Source of the DNA: a virus
Lineage: Duplodnaviria > Caudoviricetes
IMG/VR virus record: IMGVR_UViG_3300010885_082162
Location: 1-64,000 of that record
Direction: 5' to 3' (one strand)
DNA: 64,000 nt
Made by a program: the position numbers and the translations under genes. Numbering within the stretch: position 1 is the stretch's first letter; each line of letters starts with the position of its first letter. Positions 9,991 to 19,183 of the stretch are shown here, piece after piece. The notes below the pieces were generated by a model. It ran no database searches. It saw only the letters and a program-made list of their open reading frames with translations, and was not told where the DNA came from.

Positions 9991-10518
9991 TCAAATTGTA
10001 CTGATAAATTCGTCTCTAGAAAAATTTTCTACTTTAAAGAAAGACTCCCCTAAAATTCTAACGTATTTTCCTTGTTTGGTATCACCATCATCTTCTTGCT
10101 CTAGCACAATAAATTCACCCCAACTTTTGTGCTCTACAATAAACTGAGCTTGCTCCCAAGAAGGCAATTCAAGACGATATTTTTCAAGTATATTAGACAA
10201 ATCTCTTGGTAACGACAGCTTAATATCTTCAACTGTTAATATTGACGAGGAGTGCTCTTTACCTAATTGAATTTCAGACTTACAGATGTCTATAACTTTA
10301 TGTATTAATCCGCAATTATTGCACTGTGCGTATTTCAAATCTATACTATCATTTTCTTTCAAGACAGAAAAAACAATAAATTTGTGCTTTGGCGGATCTT
10401 GCCTATTCTTAAATTGTGGAAGTACACATCGGCACTCTAAAAGATGTCTAAAACCTCTCTTTTGCTGTACAACGACGCTAGTATCTTTTTTAGTTTCAGA
10501 AGACTTTTTCTTGGCCAC
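9991..10518 (-). CDS. Hypothetical protein with putative zinc-binding Cys motifs
   Basis: ECRC and QCNNCG motifs; 175 aa; sits in the gene run. Confidence 0.7.
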   Translation of the reverse strand: MAKKKSSETKKDTSVVVQQKRGFRHLLECRCVLPQFKNRQDPPKHKFIVFSVLKENDSIDLKYAQCNNCGLIHKVIDICKSEIQLGKEHSSSILTVEDIKLSLPRDLSNILEKYRLELPSWEQAQFIVEHKSWGEFIVLEQEDDGDTKQGKYVRILGESFFKVENFSRDEFISTI

Positions 10519-10521
10519 TGT

Positions 10522-10773
10522 TCACTTTTTAGTTGTTTTTTTTGAAGATGCTAAATCAATCTCTTCGTTTATCTTATTATGTAAACTTGTAAAAACAGAT
10601 TGATACGAATTATCTAAAGAAGTTTTTACAAGTAATAAAACTATTTGTAAATCTTTTTCAGATAGCGATATCGTTCTCTTAGTATTTTCATTAACTAAAA
10701 GACGCTGCAATTGATCATTAGAAAAAGTAACTAGATTCAGAACTTCTTTACAAATTTTATCAGCATGATTCAT
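10522..10773 (-). CDS. Hypothetical protein
   Basis: 83-aa ORF filling the gap, 3-nt spacing to the next gene. Confidence 0.65.
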   Translation of the reverse strand: MNHADKICKEVLNLVTFSNDQLQRLLVNENTKRTISLSEKDLQIVLLLVKTSLDNSYQSVFTSLHNKINEEIDLASSKKTTKK

Positions 10774-10809
10774 GAACAGATCATACTTTTTAAAATTAAT
10801 AAGTAAAGG

Positions 10810-11937
10810 TTAGACTACATCTGCAATACTTTTTAAAGTATTTTCTAAGGAATTATAATAAAGCGCAACTGCTTGATTAAGCACAAAGCTTTTATTCATA
10901 ACAGACAGAATAAGACGAATTCCTTCGTCTATTTCTTGTGATCTTGAAAAGTAATTTATGTCATCAGGTATTGCAATTTCAATGCTATTTCCTGAAAGAC
11001 CTCTTAAACGTTTATGTATAAAATCTTTTTCTAGCTCACTACAATCAAGAAGTTTTTTCTTTAAGTTTTTTGAATGCAAAAAAACTGACTTTTTTGTAGT
11101 TTTACATTTAATAGCTAAACTAGAATCAGTAATAGTAATTGAGTCAATTATAGCAGATTTTTCTAACTTTATTGAAGAGATTAAATCACCTTTTAAGCTA
11201 GATGTTACATCAACTCCGCATGTTACAGCTATGTCAACAAGTAGATTAACATTTTCAACAGTAAAATCAACTTTAAAAATATAACATCTGAACGCATTTC
11301 TTGTATTATTGACGTTAATTGTACTTAAAATATCATTGGATGCACCTCTACAAAATAAGACAAAAGGCGTATTCTGCGCTTCAGTTGAAAAATATTGAAG
11401 AATATGGTGTATTTCAGATACGCTTTCTAGATAACCGTCAATGACAAAGATCTTGCAATTTTTATCTTGATTCCTTTTGACAGGTAATAAAGACGCAACA
11501 TCGAACTGGTAATCATTTGAGATTTCTACGTAAGATTTTTCATTAATTGACTTTACTAGTTTTAGTTTAGTTTCTGAGTTACAGAAATTTAATATTTCTA
11601 TTAAAATAGATTCTGAAATTTTGCTAAGTCTAAGATTTTCTAGCTGATCAATAACAGCTTTTTTATCTATAGGATTAGAATAATTTTCAATATTACTTCC
11701 AGCAAATTTTTTTAAAAGCATCACCCCAGCTTTAGGGCATGATCTTTCTGCCTTTTCGGCATGATCTAGAACCAACTCAAAAATTTTTTGTTTACTACCC
11801 GCAAATCTTTTAGAAAAGATGTGTTGAAGACACCTCTGCGTTCTTAGCTTATGATTATCAAATTTTAGCGAGCTAGTAACTTCAACGTTCTTGATAAGAA
11901 AACTTTTAATTAAATTTATGTCTTTGTCGATCGACAT
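10810..11937 (-). CDS. Degenerate, truncated GroEL/Cpn60-like protein (apical and intermediate domains recognisable)
   Basis: DYQFDV ~ GMQFDR; LSTINVNNTR ~ LATLVVNTMR; LLVDIAVTCG ~ MLQDIATLTG; EKDFIHKRLRGLSG ~ DREKLQERVAKLAG; IDEGIR ~ VEDALH. No GDGTTT motif. 375 aa versus ~545 aa for GroEL. Confidence 0.75.
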   Translation of the reverse strand: MSIDKDINLIKSFLIKNVEVTSSLKFDNHKLRTQRCLQHIFSKRFAGSKQKIFELVLDHAEKAERSCPKAGVMLLKKFAGSNIENYSNPIDKKAVIDQLENLRLSKISESILIEILNFCNSETKLKLVKSINEKSYVEISNDYQFDVASLLPVKRNQDKNCKIFVIDGYLESVSEIHHILQYFSTEAQNTPFVLFCRGASNDILSTINVNNTRNAFRCYIFKVDFTVENVNLLVDIAVTCGVDVTSSLKGDLISSIKLEKSAIIDSITITDSSLAIKCKTTKKSVFLHSKNLKKKLLDCSELEKDFIHKRLRGLSGNSIEIAIPDDINYFSRSQEIDEGIRLILSVMNKSFVLNQAVALYYNSLENTLKSIADVV

Positions 11938-11974
11938 GCGTCAAATTATTGTCTGTCTTTGGTAAAATTTATAA

Positions 11975-12502
11975 TTAAAATTTTGTCTCTATCCATTTAA
12001 ATAATAAAGTCAAAGATCCGCCGGTTAATGCAACTAACACCCAGCGAACAGCAGAGCTAATTGTATTTTTACTCTTAACAAGATCATCTACATTTTTTTG
12101 TATAATTTGTACTTTTTCCGACGTCTCTTCAAGCTCTAAATCTGACTTTTCAGATTCTTTTTCTTTATGCTTTTTCCACCCTGATAATTCGATCAATTTT
12201 TGTTCTGTTTCGTTTATCTTCTGTGAATTTTTAGCATTTGAATCACTAATCTTTGAAAATATACCATCATCAGGATCATAGATCGCATCATGTATTTTGT
12301 CGACTTTACCTACAAGCTGCTCTTGATTCTGTTCGATTTTTTCAATCTTAAACATTAAGATATCAAATCCACCATTTAAAGCAGCGCTGCCAATAATCTT
12401 TTTATGAATGTCATCAAGTACAAAATTTTGTGCTGTAAAAGTATTTTTAACTCTCTGCGACTTTGGACTCGAAATTTTAATATTTTCGGTTTTTTTTGCC
12501 AT
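11975..12502 (-). CDS. Coiled-coil protein with a single C-terminal transmembrane helix (holin-like/tail-anchored topology)
   Basis: Heptad-like charged body followed by AVRWVLVALTGGSLTLLFKW at the C-terminus. Confidence 0.55.
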   Translation of the reverse strand: MAKKTENIKISSPKSQRVKNTFTAQNFVLDDIHKKIIGSAALNGGFDILMFKIEKIEQNQEQLVGKVDKIHDAIYDPDDGIFSKISDSNAKNSQKINETEQKLIELSGWKKHKEKESEKSDLELEETSEKVQIIQKNVDDLVKSKNTISSAVRWVLVALTGGSLTLLFKWIETKF

Positions 12503-12520
12503 TATACAAAGCTCATAAAG

Positions 12521-12579
12521 TAGATATTTTATCTATAACTATCTAGATTAGTAAAGCTATTAAGCTATTAAGCTATCTA
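12521..12579. repeat. Repeat cluster at the divergent strand switch
   Basis: TAGATA-ttt-TATCTA inverted repeat (12521-12535), ATCTAGAT palindrome (12541-12548), three tandem AAGCTAT(T/C) 8-mers (12554-12577). Confidence 0.75.
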
Positions 12580-12597
12580 ATTTATTATTAAGAGGTT

Positions 12598-14511
12598 ATG
12601 TTGACAGATTTTAAAGAAGCTATATTTATTAATCCAAATTCTCAGCTAGAGCCTGAAGCTGATATTATATTTGTTGCTGATTTATTTGTAGAAGACTATG
12701 TTGGAGGCGCAGAGCTCACTTCTGAAGCATTAATTGAAGCTTCACCATTTAAAATACAAAAAATTCATTCCTCAAAAGTCAATCTATCAACATTGACACA
12801 AGGCTCCCAAAAGCATTGGATCTTTGGGAATTTTGCGCAACTTAATCCAGAACTCATACCAAGCATAGCTGCAAATCTTAAATATTCAGTACTTGAATAT
12901 GATTATAAGTACTGTCGTTTCAGATCGCCAGAGAAACATGAAGCATCAACCAAGCAACCTTGTGACTGTCATGATAAAATTAATGGCAAATTAATATCAG
13001 CTTTTTACTATGGTGCACAATCTCTATGGTGGATGTCAGAGAAACAAAAGCAGCGATATCACACATTATTTCCATTTTTAGCAGAAAAAGACAACGTGGT
13101 ATTATCCAGTGTTTTTTCAAAAGCTACACTGGCTTACATAAACCACCTTACTAAGTTATCTGCAGACAGTCTAATTGATAGAAAAGGTTGGGTAGTTCTT
13201 GGATCTGACTCTTGGGTTAAAGGTGCACAAGCAGCTAAAGAATGGTGCGAGAATAATCAAAAGCAGTTTGAAGTAGTGTGGAACTTATCGTACGATAAGC
13301 TTCTTGAAAAACTCTCTCATGCTGAAGGTTTTGTTTATCTTCCAGCCGGTGCAGACACATGTCCTCGAATGGTTATTGAAGCAAAGCTTTTAGGCTGCAA
13401 GCTTCAACTCAATAATAATGTCCAGCACGCTTCAGAAGAATGGTTTAATGCCGACGATATCAACTCAATAAGCGAGTATCTCTTTGCTGCACCTACTCTT
13501 TTTTGGAAATGCATAGAAAAAGTCATTAATCATATTTCTAGAATCAGCGGTTACACAACTGCCTACAACTGTATTAATCAGGACTATCCATTTATAGCAT
13601 GTATTGAATCAATGCTTAGATTTTGTGACGAAGTTTGTGTAATTGATGGTGGATCAACAGACGGGACTTGGGAAAAATTAAACGAATTATCACAAAAGAA
13701 TGAAAAATTAAAAGTCAAACAAGTTGTAAGAGATTGGTCTCATCAATATCATGCTGTTTTTGATGGAGCACAAAAAGCTGAAGCAAGAGCAATGTGCACC
13801 GGTGACTTTTGTTGGCAAATGGATTCTGATGAGATTGTTCATGAAGATGATGCAATTAAGATCATTGAGCTGTGCAAGAAGATACCGCCTAAGGTTGATA
13901 TTGTGTCATTGCCTGTTATTGAGTATTGGGGTGGGCCTGACAAAGTTAGATGTGATATACAACCCTGGAAGTGGAGACTTAGTAGAAATCTCTCACACAT
14001 TACGCATGGTATACCAACTGATCTGCGTAGATTTAATGAAAACAAGCAACTATATGCTGCAGAAGGCACTGATGGATGTGATATGATTCATAAAATGACA
14101 GGAGAAAGACTGCCTCATGTGACTTTTCACACATTAGATTCAGAGAAAATGAGACAATCAGCCTGTGCAGGCGATCTATCAGCACTATTGCAATATAGAA
14201 CATGGTTTAACTCTGTCATTAAAAGCCTCCCAGGTGTACACCATTATTCGTGGTATGATCTTTCAAGAAAGATAAAGCTTTACAAGAATTACTGGACAAA
14301 ACACTGGAATTCTCTGTACAATAAATCGCTTGAAGATTCTGCTGATACAAATATGATGTTTGACTTACCATGGTCACAAGTTACAGATGAGATGATAGAG
14401 ACAAGAGCGAAAGAATTAAAAGGCTCAACAGGCGGCTGGGTTTGGCATAGAAAATGGCATGGTCAAAGAACACCGCATATTACAGTTGATGTGTCGGAAC
14501 CAAAGAAATGA
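12598..14511 (+). CDS. Two-domain glycosyltransferase (N-terminal GT-B/GT4-like plus C-terminal GT2-like)
   Basis: GFVYLPAGADTCPRMVIEAKLLGC (GT4-type E motif); ISGYTTAYNC...DEVCVIDGGSTDGT...WQMDSDE (GT2). GAGG SD. Confidence 0.8.
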   Translation: MLTDFKEAIFINPNSQLEPEADIIFVADLFVEDYVGGAELTSEALIEASPFKIQKIHSSKVNLSTLTQGSQKHWIFGNFAQLNPELIPSIAANLKYSVLEYDYKYCRFRSPEKHEASTKQPCDCHDKINGKLISAFYYGAQSLWWMSEKQKQRYHTLFPFLAEKDNVVLSSVFSKATLAYINHLTKLSADSLIDRKGWVVLGSDSWVKGAQAAKEWCENNQKQFEVVWNLSYDKLLEKLSHAEGFVYLPAGADTCPRMVIEAKLLGCKLQLNNNVQHASEEWFNADDINSISEYLFAAPTLFWKCIEKVINHISRISGYTTAYNCINQDYPFIACIESMLRFCDEVCVIDGGSTDGTWEKLNELSQKNEKLKVKQVVRDWSHQYHAVFDGAQKAEARAMCTGDFCWQMDSDEIVHEDDAIKIIELCKKIPPKVDIVSLPVIEYWGGPDKVRCDIQPWKWRLSRNLSHITHGIPTDLRRFNENKQLYAAEGTDGCDMIHKMTGERLPHVTFHTLDSEKMRQSACAGDLSALLQYRTWFNSVIKSLPGVHHYSWYDLSRKIKLYKNYWTKHWNSLYNKSLEDSADTNMMFDLPWSQVTDEMIETRAKELKGSTGGWVWHRKWHGQRTPHITVDVSEPKK

Positions 14512-14870
14512 AAACAAATAAACTTCACGAGACAATCTCAACGCTAGTAACAGAACGCTTAATAAGGCGAAAAGGTGAGAAATTCAATACTTCCGTTTGT
14601 AGTGAAATCTATCAAGATATATTCTTTTCTTTGACAGAAATTTTCAAAGAAGCAAAAACGCCACTTTGTAATGAATCAGTTAATTTTCTAGCTCAGATGT
14701 ATTATGATTCTGTAACAATTAATGATAATCAGCAACTTGACCCGGCTATCTTTACTCAAAGAGCTAAACTAAATAATCTTGAAATAAGAGAATTGGCCCT
14801 TCTTGCAACTATGATGAACGGTACACCATTTGCCTCCCCATTTATTGGTGAGATAAAGAGACGCTCGTGA
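14508..14870 (+). CDS. Hypothetical protein
   Basis: 120 aa; 4-nt ATGA/GTGA overlaps on both sides. Confidence 0.7.
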   Translation: MKTNKLHETISTLVTERLIRRKGEKFNTSVCSEIYQDIFFSLTEIFKEAKTPLCNESVNFLAQMYYDSVTINDNQQLDPAIFTQRAKLNNLEIRELALLATMMNGTPFASPFIGEIKRRS

Positions 14871-15541
14871 TATCGGTAGTTATACCTGTTAGAAATGCTT
14901 CTGCAACAATTCAAGAATCAATACAATCAGTCTTATCTCAAGAAGTCAAGGATCTAGAAATTCTCTGCGTTATAAACGGCACAAATGATAACACAGAAGA
15001 AATAATTAGAACCATTAAAGACGATAGAATTTTAATTCTACATTCAGAGCCAGGTATAGTGCCAGCGCTTAATATGGGTCTAAGAAATTGTAAAGGTGAT
15101 ATTATAGCTCGTCAAGATTCAGATGATATTTGGCTTTCAAATAAGCTAAAAAAGCAGTTAGATTTCTTTGATAAAAATTCTGATATTGACATTTTAGGCA
15201 CTCAATTAAACGTTGTTGATGGTGACAATAAACACATAAGACTAACAAGTTATCCAACAGAACATAGTCAAATAATCGCGAGCCTTCTTGTAGGTGAAAA
15301 TGCTATTGGTCACCCTAGTGTAATTTTTAAGAGAAAGATTTTAGATAAGTGTGCCGGGTACTTTGATCTTTTTCCATTTGCAGAAGATTTAGACTTATGG
15401 TCCCGTTCAATTCCTTGGTACAAGTTTGCAAATCTAAATGAACCGCTAATTAGATACAAACATATTCCAAATCCAAATTATAACCCCCACGTACCAAAAA
15501 TTGTTTCTGCATGGTATAGAATGGTTTACGGAATTAAATGA
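14867..15541 (+). CDS. Glycosyltransferase family 2
   Basis: ISVVIPVRN, ALNMGL, IARQDSDDIW, HPSVIFK, AEDLDLW. GTG start. Confidence 0.92.
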   Translation: MISVVIPVRNASATIQESIQSVLSQEVKDLEILCVINGTNDNTEEIIRTIKDDRILILHSEPGIVPALNMGLRNCKGDIIARQDSDDIWLSNKLKKQLDFFDKNSDIDILGTQLNVVDGDNKHIRLTSYPTEHSQIIASLLVGENAIGHPSVIFKRKILDKCAGYFDLFPFAEDLDLWSRSIPWYKFANLNEPLIRYKHIPNPNYNPHVPKIVSAWYRMVYGIK

Positions 15542-16299
15542 TAACTTACTCACAGCTTGGCAAAAATGGCAGACTTGGAAACCAGATGTTTCAATATGCA
15601 ACTTTATTTTCTGCTGGTTTTACAAGAGGATATCAAATTGGAATTCCAAAAGACCAAAAGCTTAATCAAGTCTTCAGCACTGATAGCGCAGAAAAATTGG
15701 ATGTTGTTTCATGTAATTCTGTTTATAAAGAAAAAGATTTCTCTTTTGACCCAAATATTTTTTTAATTCCTGACGGTACTGATCTATATGGTTATTTTCA
15801 ATCAGGCAATTATTTCAACCATTGCGAAGAAGCGCTTAGAAAAGAATTTCAGTTTTCACAAGAAATTGTGCAAAGAGCAAATGACATTATAGCCAAGCAT
15901 GGAAATATACCCTTATGTTCTATCCATGTAAGAAGAGGAGATTATACAAATCTTTCTCACTATCACACAAACTTAGGCTCTGACTATTACATCCCAGCTT
16001 GCAAGTTAGTTCATGAAAATATACCAAATGTTAAATTTTTAGTATTTTCTGACGATGTCGAATGGTGCAAAAATTCTTTTAAAGATGAAAAATTTATTAT
16101 TGTTGATACTAAAGATGATGCTCTAGACTTATGCATTATGTCTCAATGCCCAGTACATGTAATTGCAAATTCATCTTTTAGCTGGTGGGGCGCTTGGCTT
16201 AGCAGATCAACTGCAGTAGTTGCGCCTAAGCAGTGGTTTGGGAAAAATGGGCCACAAAATTGGCAATCAGTTTACCAGCATGGTTGGATTTTATTATGA
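15538..16299 (+). CDS. Alpha-1,2-fucosyl(colitosyl)transferase, GT11
   Basis: GRLGNQMFQYA, GYFQS, IHVRRGDY, FSDDVEWC, ANSSFSWWGAWL. Confidence 0.93.
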   Translation: MITYSQLGKNGRLGNQMFQYATLFSAGFTRGYQIGIPKDQKLNQVFSTDSAEKLDVVSCNSVYKEKDFSFDPNIFLIPDGTDLYGYFQSGNYFNHCEEALRKEFQFSQEIVQRANDIIAKHGNIPLCSIHVRRGDYTNLSHYHTNLGSDYYIPACKLVHENIPNVKFLVFSDDVEWCKNSFKDEKFIIVDTKDDALDLCIMSQCPVHVIANSSFSWWGAWLSRSTAVVAPKQWFGKNGPQNWQSVYQHGWILL

Positions 16300-17021
16300 G
16301 CATCGCAGTCATCTTTGTAGGCACAGCAAAATACAAACAATTCTTTGATGGTTACTATGAAGGAATAACAAAGAATTTTCTACCAAACAAGCAGAAGACT
16401 ATCTTTGCTTTTACTGATGATCCTTCAGACATTGTCTTTAATAAGCCAAATGTTATCACAAAGAAGATAGAACATCTAAAGTGGCCCTTCATCACTCTGT
16501 ATAGATTTAAATTCATGAGAAGCATTAAACAAGATCTGCAAAAGTTTGATAACATCTTCTTCATTGATGCTGATTTATGGGCTACAAATCCTATCAGTGA
16601 GGATGAATTACCCCTAGACAAAGAACTCATAGGCGTGCAACACCCAGGTTTTGTTAGTAGAATCGGTACATTTGAGACAGACACGCGTTCCAAAGCTAAT
16701 ATCTTTGATGGCAAGTACGATGTGAAGCAATACAGACAAGGATGTTTCTGGGGAGGTAGGAGAAAAGATGTGCTCGATATGGTTGATACTGCAGACGACT
16801 GGGTCGAAGAAGACCTTCAAAATAAAATCGTAGCTGTCTGGCACGATGAGTCGCACATGAACAAGTACTTCTTGCTCAATCCTTCCAAGGTGCACACACT
16901 GCATGCAGGTTTTGCTCAACCTCAGCTTGGTTATGACGACATTAGAAAGACGTGCCCAACAAAGTTTGTGCATCTTCACAAAGAAATGAATGAGTTTCCA
17001 AGATTTGCAGGTGTCAAATGA
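16296..17021 (+). CDS. GT6 alpha-1,3-Gal/GalNAc transferase (ABO-family fold)
   Basis: WPFITLYRF, FFIDAD (DXD), HPGF, YRQGCFWGG, WHDESHMNKYF. Start moved to the ATG at 16296 (ATGA overlap) from the track's 16233. Confidence 0.9.
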   Translation: MSIAVIFVGTAKYKQFFDGYYEGITKNFLPNKQKTIFAFTDDPSDIVFNKPNVITKKIEHLKWPFITLYRFKFMRSIKQDLQKFDNIFFIDADLWATNPISEDELPLDKELIGVQHPGFVSRIGTFETDTRSKANIFDGKYDVKQYRQGCFWGGRRKDVLDMVDTADDWVEEDLQNKIVAVWHDESHMNKYFLLNPSKVHTLHAGFAQPQLGYDDIRKTCPTKFVHLHKEMNEFPRFAGVK

Positions 17022-17965
17022 AGTTTTGTATCGTAGGACCGGGAACAATGCCTATCCCACCAAAGGGTTGGGGTGCCGTAGAAATTCTTATCGACGACTA
17101 TAGAAAGACGTTAATTGATTTAGGGCACCAAGTTGAGATAGTAAACACTAGAAATCCTAATTTAATTGCTGGGTTAGTCAATGCATTAAACCCCGACTTT
17201 GTTCACGTTCAGTATGATGAACACGTTAATGTAATTCCCTACCTTGACTGCAAAAATGTTGCTATAACTAGTCATTATGGTTACTTAGAACAGTCGCATA
17301 GGTGGGACCCAGGTTACAGAAACATCTTCTGGGGATTTGTTAATACTACTGCGAAGATCTTCTGTTTGTCTCCTGGTATAAGAGATGTCTATTCTAAAGC
17401 CGGTATACCGGATGAAAGACTTTTTGTAGTACCGAATGGAGTGAGAACAGATTTATTTAAGTTTGAAAAAGAGTGTAAGTATCCGGACAGAACACTCTAT
17501 CTTGCAAAAGTCGACCCGCGCAAACGACAAGCAAAACTTCAAAATATAGACGGTTTGTACTTTGCAGGAAACTGTGTAGATAATGAATTTAATACAAATA
17601 GTCCAAGATATCTCGGAGAGTGGAACAAAGATAAGCTGTACAATAATCTAACAGAGTATGCAAACTTAGCTCTATTGTCAGATGGTGAAGCACATCCGCT
17701 CGTCTGTCTTGAAGCAATGTCAGCAGGTCTAGGTCTTGTTCTATCGGAATGTGCGACTGCAAATCTTGACCTTAATAAATCATTTGTCGACGTAATTCCC
17801 GAAGCAAAGATTGGAGATATCGAGTTTATTTCCAACGCCTTAGAAGCGAATAGAAAGAAGTCTGTGACTCAAAGAGGCAAGATTAGAGAGTATGCAAAAG
17901 AGTTTGACTGGAAAAACATTATAACTAAGAATTATCTTGCATCAGTGCAAAGGATATTAACATGA
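17018..17965 (+). CDS. Glycosyltransferase family 4
   Basis: IPPKGWGAVE, VPNGV, SDGEAHPLVCLEAMSAGL, FDW near the C-terminus. Confidence 0.88.
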   Translation: MKFCIVGPGTMPIPPKGWGAVEILIDDYRKTLIDLGHQVEIVNTRNPNLIAGLVNALNPDFVHVQYDEHVNVIPYLDCKNVAITSHYGYLEQSHRWDPGYRNIFWGFVNTTAKIFCLSPGIRDVYSKAGIPDERLFVVPNGVRTDLFKFEKECKYPDRTLYLAKVDPRKRQAKLQNIDGLYFAGNCVDNEFNTNSPRYLGEWNKDKLYNNLTEYANLALLSDGEAHPLVCLEAMSAGLGLVLSECATANLDLNKSFVDVIPEAKIGDIEFISNALEANRKKSVTQRGKIREYAKEFDWKNIITKNYLASVQRILT

Positions 17966-18777
17966 ATGCAACTGTAGTAACTGCGCTATACGACATTGGA
18001 AGAGAGAAAATTGATGGAAGAGGGATGAATCAATACTACGATTGGTTTAAGAAAACTCTTCTTTTGCAATGCCCAATGGTAATTTATTGTGAAAGCAGTC
18101 ATATAGATTTTATTCAAAAGAATAGACCGAATAATCTACAAACAAAAATTGTAGTGCAAGAGCTTGTTGACATTCCATATTATCACTTGAAAAATAGAAT
18201 GGATGAAGTTCTATTAAATGAAGACTATCAAAAAAAAGTCTCAGACCCTAATAGAATAGAATGTAAAACAAGTCTATATTCTATAATTCAATACTCAAAG
18301 TTTCCTTGGGTTCTTAATGCAGTCAGAGAGAACTATTTTAATAGTGATTACTTCTTCTGGCTGGATGCAGGAGCATCTCGATTTATCCCAGACTTGGATA
18401 TATCTTCTCTAAAATTTCCGGGAGAAAATTTCATGAACCAAGTTAAGATGCACACAGGAAAAATACTGTACCAGATGTACTTATTTCCATATACAGATCT
18501 CTCGCTTAAAAGCGAAGATATAACGCATGATTATCTTTATGACAACAGATCTTATGTGTGGGGCGGCATGTTTGGCGTAGATGCATCGTCAATTGAAAAA
18601 TTAGCTAGTCTTATTGACATCGTTCTAAAGCAAGAAATGCTTGAAAAAAACCTTTTGAATAATGAACAAATTGCTATTGGATTCTTGTTAAAAGATCACA
18701 AAGATAAATTTCTAATTCTAAAAAATGATAATAGAATTCATAGAAATTTTGAGTTGATTTATCAATCATTTGTGTGA
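17962..18777 (+). CDS. WlaTC/HtrL(YibB)-family glycosyltransferase-like protein
   Basis: TVVTALYDIGR, QYSKF, NYFNSDYFFWLDAG, NNEQ. Confidence 0.8.
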   Translation: MNATVVTALYDIGREKIDGRGMNQYYDWFKKTLLLQCPMVIYCESSHIDFIQKNRPNNLQTKIVVQELVDIPYYHLKNRMDEVLLNEDYQKKVSDPNRIECKTSLYSIIQYSKFPWVLNAVRENYFNSDYFFWLDAGASRFIPDLDISSLKFPGENFMNQVKMHTGKILYQMYLFPYTDLSLKSEDITHDYLYDNRSYVWGGMFGVDASSIEKLASLIDIVLKQEMLEKNLLNNEQIAIGFLLKDHKDKFLILKNDNRIHRNFELIYQSFV

Positions 18778-18799
18778 ACGAAGCACTGTAGAAACTAAT

Positions 18800-19156
18800 A
18801 TGAAAATTTTAAGAATTTGTTTTGATATTGATAAAACTCTTGTTACATTCCCAGATGTTGAGGGAGATTATTCTACTGTTAAACCAATCCATAAGAATAT
18901 TGAATTTGTAAGACTGGTAAAATCTTTGGGACACACAGTTATTCTTTATACTGCGAGAAAAATGGGAACTTATTCAGGTAACTCTGGTCGTGCACTAGCT
19001 GAAATTGGTAAAATAACTTTTGAAACTTTAGAAAAATTTAATATACCTTATGACGAAATTTATTTCGGTAAACCTAGCGCAGATTTTTACATTGATGATA
19101 AAGCAGTGTATGCTTTTGACAACCTTGAACATGCAACAGGTATTAAAAATAATTAA
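18800..19156 (+). CDS. HAD-family phosphatase (capsule-locus EcbF-like)
   Basis: CFDIDKTL, LYTAR, YFGKP, FYIDDK. Start moved to the ATG at 18800. Confidence 0.82.
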   Translation: MKILRICFDIDKTLVTFPDVEGDYSTVKPIHKNIEFVRLVKSLGHTVILYTARKMGTYSGNSGRALAEIGKITFETLEKFNIPYDEIYFGKPSADFYIDDKAVYAFDNLEHATGIKNN

Positions 19157-19183
19157 TAATTTAATAAGGAAAATGGAAAATGT

